A DNA stretch of 63,486 nt, filler included, from Octopus bimaculoides (lineage: Eukaryota), in NCBI RefSeq assembly GCF_001194135.2. It is 6 parts of 5 records of this genome, joined end to end, with 100 filler letters (N's around TTAATTAATTAA, not from the genome) between each part and the next. Parts side by side here need not be neighbours in the genome. Positions count along the whole stretch, not along the records: positions 1 to 20,302 come from NC_068983.1; 5 more parts are not named here. One strand, written 5' to 3'. How positions within the stretch are numbered: the stretch's first letter is position 1; the number at the start of each line of letters is the position of its first letter. A program made the translations under genes and the position numbers. Positions 1 through 12,709 of this stretch are shown piece after piece. The notes beneath the pieces were generated by a model, which was given only the letters and a program-made list of their open reading frames with translations, searched no databases and was not told where the DNA came from.

Positions 1-129
1 CCGAGAACTATGTTAAGGGTACACGTGTCTGTGGAGTGCTCAGCCACTTGCACGTTAATTTCACGAGCAGGCTGTTCCGTTGATCGGATCAACTGGAACC
101 CCCGACGTCGTAAGCGACGGAGTGTCAAC
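1..129 (+). mobile_element. SINE family A, 3' half (runs off window start)
   Basis: Near-identical to the 3' half of the copies at 19955-20302 and 30863-31251 (gggtacacgtgtctgtggagtgctcagccacttgcacgttaatttcacgagcaggctgttccgttgatcggatcaactgg). Confidence 0.9.
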
Positions 130-1314
130 TATTTCAGCATGTGACTTGCCCTTAAATATCTATCCGCCAAATTGTAGGTGCCGTTTTATTTGTGCATTGC
201 GGAGCAACTATGAGATGAATTTTTCTTGCATACTTGTATATACCTTATTATTACTACAATTCGCTATATATGAAGTTCGGCCCAATTTGTTTCCCTAGTA
301 GTTTTCATTGAACCGCTGAATTACCAGTACTAGTTGCCTCCCCTTAACTACTACCCCGAAGATTCCCTAATTCCTCCCTTATGCATGTTATAGCATTAAA
401 ATGCTGAAGGACATAAACGACTCCACACTATCTATTCATTGACTTATCCCCCGTATTTGTTTCCTTTTTCTTATCTTGTTTATTTCATAAACAAATTCCT
501 TTGTAACGGTTTTAACTTGTGACCTCGCGTGCTGTTCGCTCATAAGCATGCTCTGGCATTCATTTTTGTACATGCCATTATTCTATTTGTGTGTTTGCTA
601 TAAATGTTTGCTTTTCTTTATCATACATGACTTTCATTGAGAAAAAAGCTTCAATGCGGTTGTATCAGGTATTACGAGAAAAATAAGTACATGATACAAA
701 ACGCTTCTAGTAAGATATAGGATCTCTAATGCCTACTGCAATTGCGATCCCATTTCATGGACTTTCATTTACTATTAACTGCCAAATTTGTATTCAAAAG
801 AATTCATTCATTACCTAAGTTTCTTAATACCATATCATAAGCTGCTAACGAAAATGGTAATTATACATTTTACGCTTATCAACCTGAAACGACTTCTAAC
901 TGCGGGCTAATTCAACTTAAACCGTCCACAGGAGTGCATCATTATAATAATTACACCGTCCAAAGGACGGGTGCATTTGTTAGTATGTATATATATATAT
1001 ATATATATAATACATCTGTGTTCATTCCACTTCTAATTTTAGGCAGCTTTTTTCTACCATATCTTCGAACCAACCCAAGTCATGGAAGTATTTCTAAGCT
1101 CATCATCATTTGGAGTGTTCTTTTAAATCAAAGAACCAGCTTAGTGTGTCATATCTACTTCAGCTTGAGGATTGCGTTAGTGGTACACGGACTTGTGAAT
1201 ATTCCAGGGCTTACAAGGTAATAATAAAATAGATAGATAGATATAAACTTTTTTCAAGTTTTCAGCATCACGTGTGATCAGGTTTTATCATTTTCTAAAT
1301 GCTTAGCCATTTTA

Positions 1315-1490
1315 AGGCAGTGAACAGAAAAAAAGTTGAGTTGGACAAAATATTTAGCAGTATTTTTAACGGGTCTTTACGTTCTGAGTTCAAATTCCGT
1401 TGAAGTCAACTTTACCTTTTATCTTTCCGGGTTTCCTGTAGTCGATTTGTACCCACCCCTAAAACTGCTGGCCTTATGACAAAATTTGAA
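1315..1490 (+). mobile_element. SINE family B, degraded copy
   Basis: Contains ttacgttctgagttcaaattcc (B-box region) and a degraded tail matching the copies at 7371, 13020 and 15165. Confidence 0.6.
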
Positions 1491-2552
1491 TTCATAGTTT
1501 TGCCATTTAATATCTTGTTGTCTAAATGAAATAGTCATATACAGTACAGCTTCTGTTGTTATCAATTTGTATCATAAGAACAAATCATGAAGGAAAATGT
1601 GTTAACTTTATTATTGCCAAATTTTAGATATTTGCCCGTAAACTTCAATGTTATTTATTCAGTATCTAACAAGAGGTCTTAATTTGGAAATGCTATCTGT
1701 AATGTTAATCTGGGTTTGAATTTTTCTTTTTTTTGTATTTTGCTGTATTCATATGGCTTCTATGATTAATTTAGAATTTTTGTGAAATGCTACATAAGAT
1801 TACTGTATTATCAAATAATGGATTTCTTTTTATTTTCTTTATTTAATTAATTTGTTTCTGTCATGTATGTCAATGCTTCCCGATTGTAAATAGACGAGAG
1901 TCGGCACTAAGAATGTTCTGAACGCGTGTTTAAAAGAAAAAAATCTAAATTATATAGATAAAATTTGTGAGGAAACGTGTTTTTGATTAGACATGATTAT
2001 ACATTATTTTGTGTGNNNNNNNNNNNNNNNNNNNNNNNNNNNNNNNNNNNNNNNNNNNNNNNNNNNNNNNNNNNNNNNNNNNNNNNNNNNNNNNNNNNNN
2101 NNNNNNNNNNNNNNNNNNNNNNNNNNNNNNNNNNNNNNNNNNNNNNNNNNNNNNNNNNNNNNNNNNNNNNNACTACCAAAAGAATAAGCAACATATTTAC
2201 TGAAAGCGAGGGAATGCAGCTTTCAAAATTTATCTCTTAAAAACATTTAACTCAACGGTAGACCACTGGTTTCTCAATCAAATACATAAAAACTGTGAAG
2301 TAACCTGTATTCTTTTGTTCATCAGTACACGTATGGTCAAGATACATAAAGAATAAACAAGAATCAACCTACCACGATGTAGCCATCACAGTACGACCAC
2401 TTTCGTTCATGATTATATATCCATGAAAGAGATTTGAATTTATCCAGTTGCATCTCAGTAACATGTGCTTATACAGAATAATATTCAGCACTGAATATAT
2501 TCTAAGGGAAGGTTTCGAGTATGGTGAAGTATAAACAATAACATAGATGGCA

Positions 2553-2627
2553 TCACCTGAAGATGTAATTACGTTATGTAATTATTTTGTTCATCAATGA
2601 AGAATATGTGTGAAACAGCTGTAGTGA
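2553..2627 (+). ncRNA. Type I hammerhead-like motif, dispersed family copy H1
   Basis: TCAC-CTGAAGA(2557-2563)...GAAA(2612-2615)-CAGCTG-TA-GTGA. Stem I is TCAC/GTGA and stem III is the palindrome ACAGCTGT. Stem II is long and irregular. Confidence 0.45.
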
Positions 2628-2655
2628 GCCTCAACCCATCTGTCTTATTGCTTAA

Positions 2656-2656
<1 letters not shown>

Positions 2657-2750
<94 letters not shown>

Positions 2751-2755
2751 TGTGA
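2657..2755. repeat. (TG)n microsatellite
   Basis: Direct reading. Confidence 0.98.
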
Positions 2756-2839
2756 TGGCTGTTCACTCGTAACCTAGAAAGACCATCACTGACCATTACC
2801 ATGCAAAATACCAGTAATTCCCGTGCATGCGGTTATTGT

Positions 2840-3365
2840 ACTAGCAGTCGACTTCATCCAGGTTCGCGTCTGCAGCTTCTATGATCTCCGCGACTTTTAC
2901 CTACGGCAACTGGTAGTCGCCTCGCCGGCGATTGCACAACCTAAAATTTTAGTTCCAATAAGGTTTGCACGGCCCATCACAAAACCTCCCCCGCTTGCTA
3001 AAATGATCTTGAGACATGCTAGAAGATATTCACTGTCAATATCTTCCGCAGGCTCAGGAATGTGGGAGCGCCATGATATCAAGCATAAGCAAAAGATCCC
3101 CAAAATATTCAATGCTATTCCCTACATGTCTGGGTTTATATCAGTGACTTTTTAGAGACATGCTTTAATAATAGCTGAGGGGTGCCTCTCTCTCAATGGT
3201 CTTCCAGTAAAAAGGACACCAGCCCGGAATTTTTGAAGGTCCGTAGTATTACAGGATAGCCATTGAACTTACGCTAGGTCTTCTAGCAACCCTGCTCACC
3301 AGGCAAGCTTAGTGGGGGTGCCGGTTTAGTCGTCAACGATCCGACTAAGCAACAGGTTGCAATGG
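2840..3365 (-). mobile_element. Probable degraded 5' end (UTR + start of endonuclease) of an RTE-like LINE
   Basis: GC-richer island with a structured terminus. The minus strand gives frameshifted GKSR/EIIE, resembling the RTE APE N-terminal G(R/K)SxEIVE motif. Similarity is weak and recalled from memory. Confidence 0.35.
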
Positions 3366-3409
3366 ATTCCATGTTACCAGTAGCACTCATGAGACGTCAC
3401 AAGTGATCT

Positions 3410-3875
3410 CACACACGCATACACATACATACACACACACATACACACACATACACATACATACATGTATTTATGCAACCATTTATATGCACGCATACAC
3501 ACACACACGCTTACATACACAACACACACTCACACAGAGTCATGCATGATGCTTATAATAAATCAAGATTTAAAATATTTTTCACTTTTCCCACTCATCT
3601 GCATTTCTGTCTCATACTGATTGAATACTGCCTTCAACACCCTTTCTCGGTCTCTTTACTCTTCCTTTCCCTCCATCTCTCACTCTCTCTCTCTCTTTCT
3701 CTCTGTATTTCTTTCTTCCTCTCTTTCTCTTTCTCCCTTTCTCTTTAATTGTCTTTATCTCTCACTCCTCTTTCTCTCTTTCTCCCTCCCCTTCTCTCTC
3801 CCTCCCCCTCTCTCTCCCTCCCCTTCTCTCTCCCTCTCTCTCTTTGTTTAGTAATGTGTGCGCGTCAATGTGTGT
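3410..3875. repeat. Compound (CA)n/(CATA)n and (CT)n low-complexity tract
   Basis: Direct reading. Confidence 0.9.
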
Positions 3876-5324
3876 GCATGTGCAGTCTGCAGTCATAAAA
3901 GGGAACTAAAGTTTCGATCGGAGTGTAAGAAATAGTTGCAAAATTTCCTGTCATGTCACACATAATGCAGTCTTTTAAAAGCCATATCGGATTACACTGT
4001 CTCTGGTAAACAATAGACTGGATTGTCGGAGTTTGAATACCTTTTTTCATAGGTCTGCTCGATCAGACCTAGTCGCGGATAAACTGCAATAACTAAGGAA
4101 ACAATTTCACGGTGTCCAAATTTTTCAATGGTTATTTGAGCTGCGATTAAAAAAAACCAAATCCCCTACAAATAACAGGCTTTAAAAAATGGATACAATG
4201 GATCTAAAGAAAGACACCACAAGAATCTTAATAGAAAGATATATTAGGCGTATAAGTAAACACGATGGTCACGACTGAGCACTTTTTACTATAAGCTTGC
4301 CTGATCAGACCTGACATTCACAGCAAGTACTGGCCTTTCCTAAGATTGGATATAACTTGGAAGCAAAGGACTGAATGGAAATTGCGAGATATGCTGAAGA
4401 TCATGAAAGAAGCATTCTGTTGATGAGGAAATGCAAGATTATTCAATGAGACTGTGCATATCGCTCCATTGATAGCAACATAGGCATGCTTGTCGCTAAG
4501 GGGAAGGACACTGGACGGCACTACACCCTCAGATTTAGAAAAATACAGTTTACAAAATTTTTCCTGCAATACATTTCGTGAAGACTAACATGCTCGTCGC
4601 CAGTGGGATGCACTAGATGGCACTGCTCGCTCACTATTTAATAGAGCACCCTCATATTTAGAAAATACAGTTTACAAAAATCTTCTCACAATACACATTA
4701 GTGTCCACCCAGAAAATTCTAAAGCACCGCTAGGCACCAAAGTCTGATGACAGGCCTGGGCAAACGGATTGAAGCACCAAAGATTGAGAACAATTCAAAC
4801 TAGATGAACTGAATACGAAATTAGACATCTTTTTACCATTGTAGAATATGCAACAAAGAAATAAGATTTTTTTTCATATTTTTCATTAATCTAGATCTTA
4901 ATTATATATTTTGGATTATTATTAAATCTTGAGTTAATAATGACATTCCTGATGAAGTTTTCAGCTACATGACAAGAAATTATCATACTCTGAAAGCAGA
5001 TAAATCAGCTGGTGTGTGTACAGAAGTGCAAGGCGAATGGGTGGTAATATTAGTTTTTATTAAATATCATACAATAATCATTCAATTCAGACAGAAACTT
5101 CTCTTTTGTTGGAGTTCATTTAGTGCAAAATAATTTTTCCAATTCTAATAACAATATTATCTCTGTTATGCATTTCCATTTTTTTTCTTTTCAACCAATC
5201 AACAATGCAATCATATTCAGAAATATTGTGTTAACTCTGTCTCTTCTCGTAGTTTCATTCGTGGAGACTTCCATTTTCTGTCCTAAATTGAAATGTCCTG
5301 AATCAGGGTAATCATGAAAAAGAA

Positions 5325-5848
5325 AGAGTTTGAAATTTTATTAGTTTTATAGAACTTTATCATCTTACTGAAGAACAAATCCATATTATTCGTAATACAT
5401 TAAATTTAATTTTCACAAATAATGTATTCAGAATTACAATTGAAAATATATATGAGAATTTATGAATTTTGATTGAAATTGTAAGAGAAATTTTTCATCA
5501 TTTCTATTATTCGAAAAGTTTTTTCTCTTAATTTAATTAAAATTCATTTTTCTTTTATTTCTAATAAATTAACTAACATTAGCTGGCCTAATTTTCTTTC
5601 TTCTGACACTAGACGAAAAATATGAAAAATTTATCATGATTTTGAAATTTCATCAGTTCTATAGTTCTTTATCATCTTTCTGAAGTACAAATCCATATTA
5701 TTTGTAATACACTAACTTTACTTTTCACAAATAATGTATTCAGAATTACAATAAAAAATATATATTAGAATTTTTAAATTGTTTTTGAAATTGTTCCATT
5801 ATTTCTATCATTCGAAAAACATTTTCTCTTAATTTAATAAAAATTAAG
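5325..5848. repeat. Diverged AT-rich direct duplication (~220 bp unit, ~310 bp period)
   Basis: caaatccatattatt...ttttcacaaataatgtattcagaattacaat...ttcgaaaa...ctcttaatttaat occurs at ~5375-5540 and ~5685-5845. Confidence 0.8.
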
Positions 5849-7370
5849 TTGGAATATAAGTGGGAGTCGTTTAGTAGTTAGGGACATAGTCATGAGGTGT
5901 AGTGTAACAATCAAGGCATAAACAAATACAGGTGAAGTGGTACATATTCAGTTCCTGCAAACCACTGTGTAGTATTCAGGACCTGAGTAATGTACCCCTT
6001 CATTCATCACACACACACGTATGCGCGCACTAACACTATAAAACACAAAAACAAGAAACATGAACAAGAGAAGACCCTCTACATCATAGCTGAACCTATT
6101 ACAAATTACATTCATATTTCAAAAACAAAATCTAATCTTAAAAGAAGTATAAACTGGATAATTTATCCTTGCTGCAGATCTGAAAAGTGACTGGGTACTG
6201 ATGTCTGAAACACCATATTTAATCGTTTCTGTGGTTGCAACAGATATAAACAATACATTTCCAATAGATTGTTTCTATGATGTAATGATTAATAGCCTAT
6301 TTCTGAATTCAGATTTATGACGGTATATCAACTATCTGACACCAGATACTTTACTTCTTTTGTTTTTAATCAGTTATGATTGTTAGTGAAGACTCTTGAT
6401 TGGATGGATGGATGGATGGATGGATTTTACATTTCAGACGCAATGTTCTCCAAAATAATTCCCTGACAGAAACATTAAAATTATCTTTCTTTTTTTCATT
6501 AAATGCAGACATCTTTTTTTTTTAACTTTTATTCAAATTATTTTTGACAATACACTCAACAAATGGTCGCTTGGAGTTGTATATACACATAATGACCTAC
6601 ATTATCTAACTTATTTATTGATTTATTATTTATATATATTACCATTTTTAGCCCCAAGAAAACATCCTTATATTCATTTTGGAAAAACAGTATTTAGTTG
6701 GCTTCCAAGGGGCCAATCTCTGGAGCATTGCAATTCTAACGGCGAGAGTACTTCACTCGAAGGGCACCAGCTTTTTAGTGATTTTTCTTTTTTTTTTCGC
6801 ACCATTAATTACACACATGTGCGCGTGCGTGTATACTTTCGCACAATGCCTTTTATTAAATTCCACTCACAAAGTATTGATCAGTCTGAGGTTTTTGGTA
6901 CAAGACCATAGAATGATTTGGATTGTAAACCAGATTACTAAGTCATGTAGTCTTGCCTAACTAATGTAAATATTACATCAGAGTATTCTTTTTTTTTTGT
7001 TATTTTGCCACCCGATTTCTCAGGAAAGGGATCGACCCCAGAGACAAAAAACAAAACCATCCCAGTTGAATTTTTCCCACGGAGCACCACTTTTAGCAAC
7101 GTTTGTAATTGTGTCGGTTAAAGGTAACTTGTATTAATCCTTTGATGTCTGAATAAATTTAGTATTAAAATATTTCTACATTTTTTTTTTTTTTTTTTTT
7201 TTNNNNNNNNNNNNNNNNNNNNNNNNNNNNNNNNNNNNNNNNNNATTTTTTTTTTTTTTTTTTTTTGAAGTGTGCATACATTCTTTATGGCGGCCTCTGT
7301 ATTAAATACGATAGCGCATTTTTTATGGTTCGTTCCATTTTTGCTACGTCACTGCCGTAGAGTGCTGTTC

Positions 7371-7575
7371 AAGGCGGCGAGCTGGCTGAATCGTTAGCAC
7401 AACGGGCAAAATGTTTAGCAGCATTACGTTATGAGTTCAAATTCCACCAAGGTCGGCTTTGCCTTTCATCTTTTCGGAATCGATAAATTAAGTACTAGTG
7501 AAACACTAGAGTCGATGAAATAAACTTGCCCACTCCCAAAAAAATTACTGGCCTCGTGCCTCTCGTAAAAAGTCG
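7371..7575 (+). mobile_element. SINE family B, near full length
   Basis: tRNA-like head aaggcggcgagctggctgaatcgttagc, B box gagttcaaattcc, central gcctttcatcttttcggaatcgataaattaagtac and tail ggcctcgtgcc. Confidence 0.85.
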
Positions 7576-9032
7576 TAATAAGTTATATTAGGGTGCTGAA
7601 ATTGATAATGGTTTCTAACATAGGCTGTAGGACACAGATTCTAGTAACTGTTATTTCTATAATCATCAGTATTTGACTAGTTCTTATTTTATTGACGCAA
7701 AAGGACAAAATACAAACCTAATAGAGTTAGGTCTTCAACTCGAAACAGAAAGAGGTGTAAATAAATATATCAAATTATTTTCTCTGATGCGCTAACAAGT
7801 CTCTCAACTTCTGCAATTGAATCAACACAGAGGCTTCTCCGTTAACGCTTGACCTGCTCAAAAATAGTAGCCAGGTCTCACATCAATATAGACAACCTAC
7901 AGTCTTAAAGACAGAAGAACAGGATGGATTAAGTAGTTCTAGATACGACTAAAACAAAATAGTCACAGATGGAATGCTTTTGATCATAGGTCTGCTCAAG
8001 CAGCTTCTGATTCGGGAATCAGTGAACAACTGCTTTTATTCATTCGCCACCGAATGGGCATGTTACAGTGAGGCTTATACTTCACTAATGTCTAAATGTC
8101 ACGTTAAATTGGAATTATATGCGAGATTGTCTCTTGTAATTGGCGGAGATGGAGTGAAATGAAAAAATAATTAGTCATCGACTAATATTGTTTATTTTTC
8201 ATCGCATAATTTATTCTACTTTCGTTTTTAATCTTCCATTAATTAAGTATACTGACATGTAATTACATACTGCTTGTCGCACGAATGGCGTTTAGAATTA
8301 TTTAGTTTCCATATAAAACGATAAGTGAACAGAAAAACAAAGTAGGTGTAGAAGAAAGAGCTGAAGGAAAAAAAATGGAGAGGAGAGAAAAATCTGGAAA
8401 AGAGAACAAGAAAATAGTAAGACAAGAGAAAGGAGAATAATAAAGAATTGCAAATTTTCAGGTCGATAGTCAAAAATGTCGACGTGGTAGCAGAAGTAGA
8501 AGGATAAAGAAATGAAAAAAAGACCGGGATGACACACAGCAGCAAGAGTATGTGACAGAGAGAGAGAGAGAGAGTAGGGAGAGAAAATGACAAAATAGAA
8601 AGAAAGAAAAGGTTAAGTAGTATTTAATGAGAGTCAGTTGACGTTTTTAATCTTTGTGGTACATTCATGCACATTCCAAGGTGCATCTCTAAGGGTGTAG
8701 GGATATTGACCTCACGATCGTTAAGATCATGGTTTCGATTCCCAAAGCAAGTGCACCTTGTGTTCTTGATCTAAACATTTCAGTTTACGTAGTTCCAATC
8801 AAGTCAGATGAAAATAAAAACCACCAAATGCTTGGATTTATCCCTGCGAGGAATTAGTATCTTGTTTAGAGCAGTGGAAGTATTCGGCACTCAGTCACAT
8901 GCGTTTCGGAGAGGGATACGTAAATCACCCTCATCATCTCAGTACATCCCTGATCCACTTCTAGTCGTCTCTGCTTGCTTTGACCCTGGTCCTGAAGTTG
9001 ATGAACGAAAGGGTTTGGTCACCTACCATAGC

Positions 9033-9192
<160 letters not shown>

Positions 9193-9974
9193 ATTGTTTG
9201 ATGTCCATCTTTATTAAGAATCGTACTGCTTGGAACCACAAACGAGACATTTCGTTGCAGTGATCGAGGTATTATGTGTCTGCAATAATAAAATGCTTGT
9301 TCCTTCTTTAGTTTTCTTATTCGAGAGGGCTAACATAAGGTGTAGCATAGGCAGAAATAATCACGATTCTCCGGTCGCACGCACAACAGCGTCCTCTGTT
9401 GTTGATGTTCTTTAAGAAGTGCCTATAGTGTCAGCTTCGAAAACGAAGCACGAGCAAGAAGAAAGAAAACATTTGTCTATGGAGTATTCAACCTATCAAG
9501 CTTTACTTTGAAGTGCAGGATCAATTAGTGTGCTTAGATGAACAAAATAATGAATTAATAGAGTTGTAAAAAAAAAACCACGCGAATATCTAAGTAATGA
9601 TTTCTTTTAATTCAATAAAAATATCTTTTATATATTTGTTTTGCAAGATTTTTGATGTGAAATCGTGTGTTGAAACAGATGTTGTTGTACTTGGGGATGG
9701 TCATATTGCCAGTTTAGCCAATAAAAACACACGCACTGTATATTTGGTGTTAATTTGCTTCAGCTTTATATTACATTACATTACATTAATCCAAAATCGT
9801 GAACATTTCAATTCAACATTTTGCTCTTATATACAATTTTGACTCGATAATTTTTTTCTCGTTGCATCGAATCAAAAGAAAGTGCGGCACAATCAGCTGT
9901 CACTTACGAACATGTATAGCTTTGTAATATGATTTTTTTTCTTTTATTAATTGTCTTAAGTATTTATGTAGTTG

Positions 9975-10215
9975 CGATCAGACAAAGACAACCTCTCGGC
10001 CCTCACATCCTTGACCGAGAGGAATATCCCAGCCGTTAGAGATGGAAGGAGTGAGGATTGCGGCAGCATCCGACTAGTGCTCACTGTTGCTGAATAGCAT
10101 GGAACAGCACAAAAATAAAGTCCCTTGTTCAAGGATGCAAGGTGCTGTCCAAACCAGAAATTAAACTCATGACCTCATGATAATGAATCAGGCACCTTAA
10201 CCATTAAGCGATGCG
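9975..10215 (-). mobile_element. Degraded tRNA-derived SINE sharing the family D head
   Basis: aaaataaagtcccttgttcaagga...ctcatgacctcatgat...ttaaccattaagcgatgcgttttcac parallels 23070-23178. Confidence 0.45.
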
Positions 10216-10511
10216 TTTTCACCGTGCCAAAAGAAATCAGTATTATTATTTTTTTATAGTTGTATTTCGGGACTGTCATTTTTTTCCGGCAATTAAAAAC
10301 ACGCACTATACATTTTTTTCTTCACTCGTTTATTAATGTTCTTATTTTAATATTTTAACTCATGTCCATTGTCCACAAATCTTTCATTACACATCTGTGA
10401 CCTCTTCAGCGACACTTTTCGTTTCCGTGTGTGTTCTTGCACCACTTGTTCCATTTATGTCTTCTAAGGTGTGTATCTTTATGTGATCATGCGTTAGTGC
10501 GTGTGTGTGTT

Positions 10512-10561
<50 letters not shown>

Positions 10562-11232
10562 CGTGTGTATATGCGTATGTGTATGCTTGTGTGTGTGTGT
10601 ATGTGTGTGTGTAATAGCTTTTAACAGCAGTGCGGCCTTCCCCTCAGCAGCCCCATCCTCTCACTCCATGACACACAGAANNNNNNNNNNNNNNNNNNNN
10701 NNNNNNNNNNNNNNNNNNNNNNNNNNNNNNNNNNNNNNNNNNNNNNNNNNNNNNNNNNNNNNNNNNNNNNNNNNNNNNNNNNNNNNNNNNNNNNNNNNNN
10801 NNNNNNNNNNNNNNNNNNNNNNNNNNNNNNNNNNNNNNNNNNNNNNNNNNNNNNNNNNNNNNNNNNNNNNNNNNNNNNNNNNNNNNNNNNNNNNNNNNNN
10901 NNNNNNNNNNNNNNNNNNNNNNNNNNNNNNNNNNNNNNNNNNNNNNNNNNNNNNNNNNNNNNNNNNNNNNNNNNNNNNNNNNNNNNNNNNNNNNNNNNNN
11001 NNNNNNNNNNNNNNNNNNNNNNNNNNNNNNNNNNNNNNNNNNNNNNNNNNNNNNNNNNNNNNNNNNNNNNNNNNNNNNNNNNNNNNNNNNNNNNNNNNNN
11101 NNNNNNNNNNNNNNNNNNNNNNNNNNNNNNNNNNNNNNNNNNNNNNNNNNNNNNNNNNNNNNNNNNNNNNNNNNNNNNNNNNNNNNNNNNNNNNNNNNNN
11201 NNNNNNNNNNNNNNNNNNNNNNNNNNNNNNNN

Positions 11233-11517
11233 CACAGACACGTGTACCCTTAACGTAGTTATCGGGGATATTCAGCGTGACACAGTGTGACAAGGCTGTC
11301 CCTTTGAATTACAGGCACAACAGAAACAGGAAGTAAGAGTGAGAGAAAGTTGTGGTGGAAGAGTACAGCAGGGTTCGCCACCATCCCCTGCCGGAGCCTC
11401 GTGGAGCTTTAGGTGTTTTCGCTCAATAAACACTCACAACGCCCGGTCTGGGAATCGAAACCGCGATCCTACGACCGCAAGTCCGCTGCCCTAACCACTG
11501 AGCCATTGCGCCTCCAC
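11233..11517 (-). mobile_element. SINE family A (tRNA-Arg-like head), 3' end in gap
   Basis: Reverse complement of gtggaggcgcaatggc(t)cagtggttagggcagcggact..gcggtcgtaggatcgcggtttcgattccc; A box and B box visible. Confidence 0.92.
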
Positions 11518-12042
11518 ATAAATAAATCTATATAAAGGGCATGGATACATACAACATACGAAGCGAACCCATACGCGCACATAAACACACACACAATAAA
11601 TTTCACGGACAGCTACAACAATGTCAACAACACGATTATCAACGACAGCTGCAGCGGCGATGACAACGATGGCAATAACAACAACTACCACGATGGCAAC
11701 ACCGTGAGCGAACACAAATACAAGAATACAGGAACTGTACCGTATTTTCGTGTCTTAGGACAGCAGCAGCACTATGGGGTGAGAGGATGGGGTGCTGAGG
11801 GGATGACCACACTGCTGCCAAAAGCTATGACACACACACACACACACACAAGGACACAAAAGCATACACACATAAGGATGCAAACTTTAGAAGAACAAAA
11901 TGGAGTAAGTAGAGCAAGAACACACGAAAAGGAAAAGTGTCACTGAAGAGGTCACAGATGTGTGACGAAAGATTTCCGGACAATGGACATGAGTTAAAAT
12001 AGTAAAATAGGAACATTAATAAACGAGTGAAGAAAAAATATA

Positions 12043-12521
12043 GGCACTGTCATGGTATTAGCTGTCAGAATTGAAAGTAGAACTGACAAGGAACGTTACT
12101 GCTGGTTTGAGTTGATTCTTTGGCTACTGACAGCTAATACCATGACTGGCCGGAGCGAGCTATCTGTCTGTCTGTATGTCTATCTCACTATCTCTATTCA
12201 TCTATCTATCTATCACTCGTTCACCTCTGTTTGTGTCCGTAGAATTTATCAAATTAGAAAACGCAAATTTAATATAAAAATATATTTTCTGAAATTGCAA
12301 ATTATTTAAAATATAAAAATATATTTTTCCACAGAGAGAATTTATCAAAATAGAAAACAAATGAAGTTTGAAGTTTAAAAATAATAGGATCGACCACTCA
12401 CGACTAGCTAGTGCGGACGCGCGACTGCGCGTTCGGAACCACTCTGCTTTAGTAGTACCCTTATACTCTGTGTTTTCAAACACATGGATATAGGTGTCAA
12501 ATTTGTTCCAATAACTTTCGA

Positions 12522-12563
<42 letters not shown>

Positions 12564-12709
12564 GACAGACAGACAGACAGATAGACAGCTCGCTCCGGCC
12601 AGTCATGGTATTAGCTGTCAGTAGCCAAAGAATCAACTCAAACCAGCAGTAACGTTCCTTGTCAGATTTTTCTACTTTCACTTCTGACAGCTAATACCAT
12701 GACAGTGCC
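12043..12709. mobile_element. Non-autonomous TIR element (MITE) with GG termini and 8-bp TSD (Merlin- or Mutator-like)
   Basis: Ends GGCACTGTCATGGTATTAGC.../...GCTAATACCATGACAGTGCC, TIRs ~120 bp. TSD aaaatata (12035-12042) / aaactata (12710-12717). It interrupts the right arm of the foldback. Confidence 0.85.

Noticed and set aside
4945-5010. CTGATGA as a fifth hammerhead core
   Set aside because: No downstream GAAA + palindromic stem III + NUH in register.
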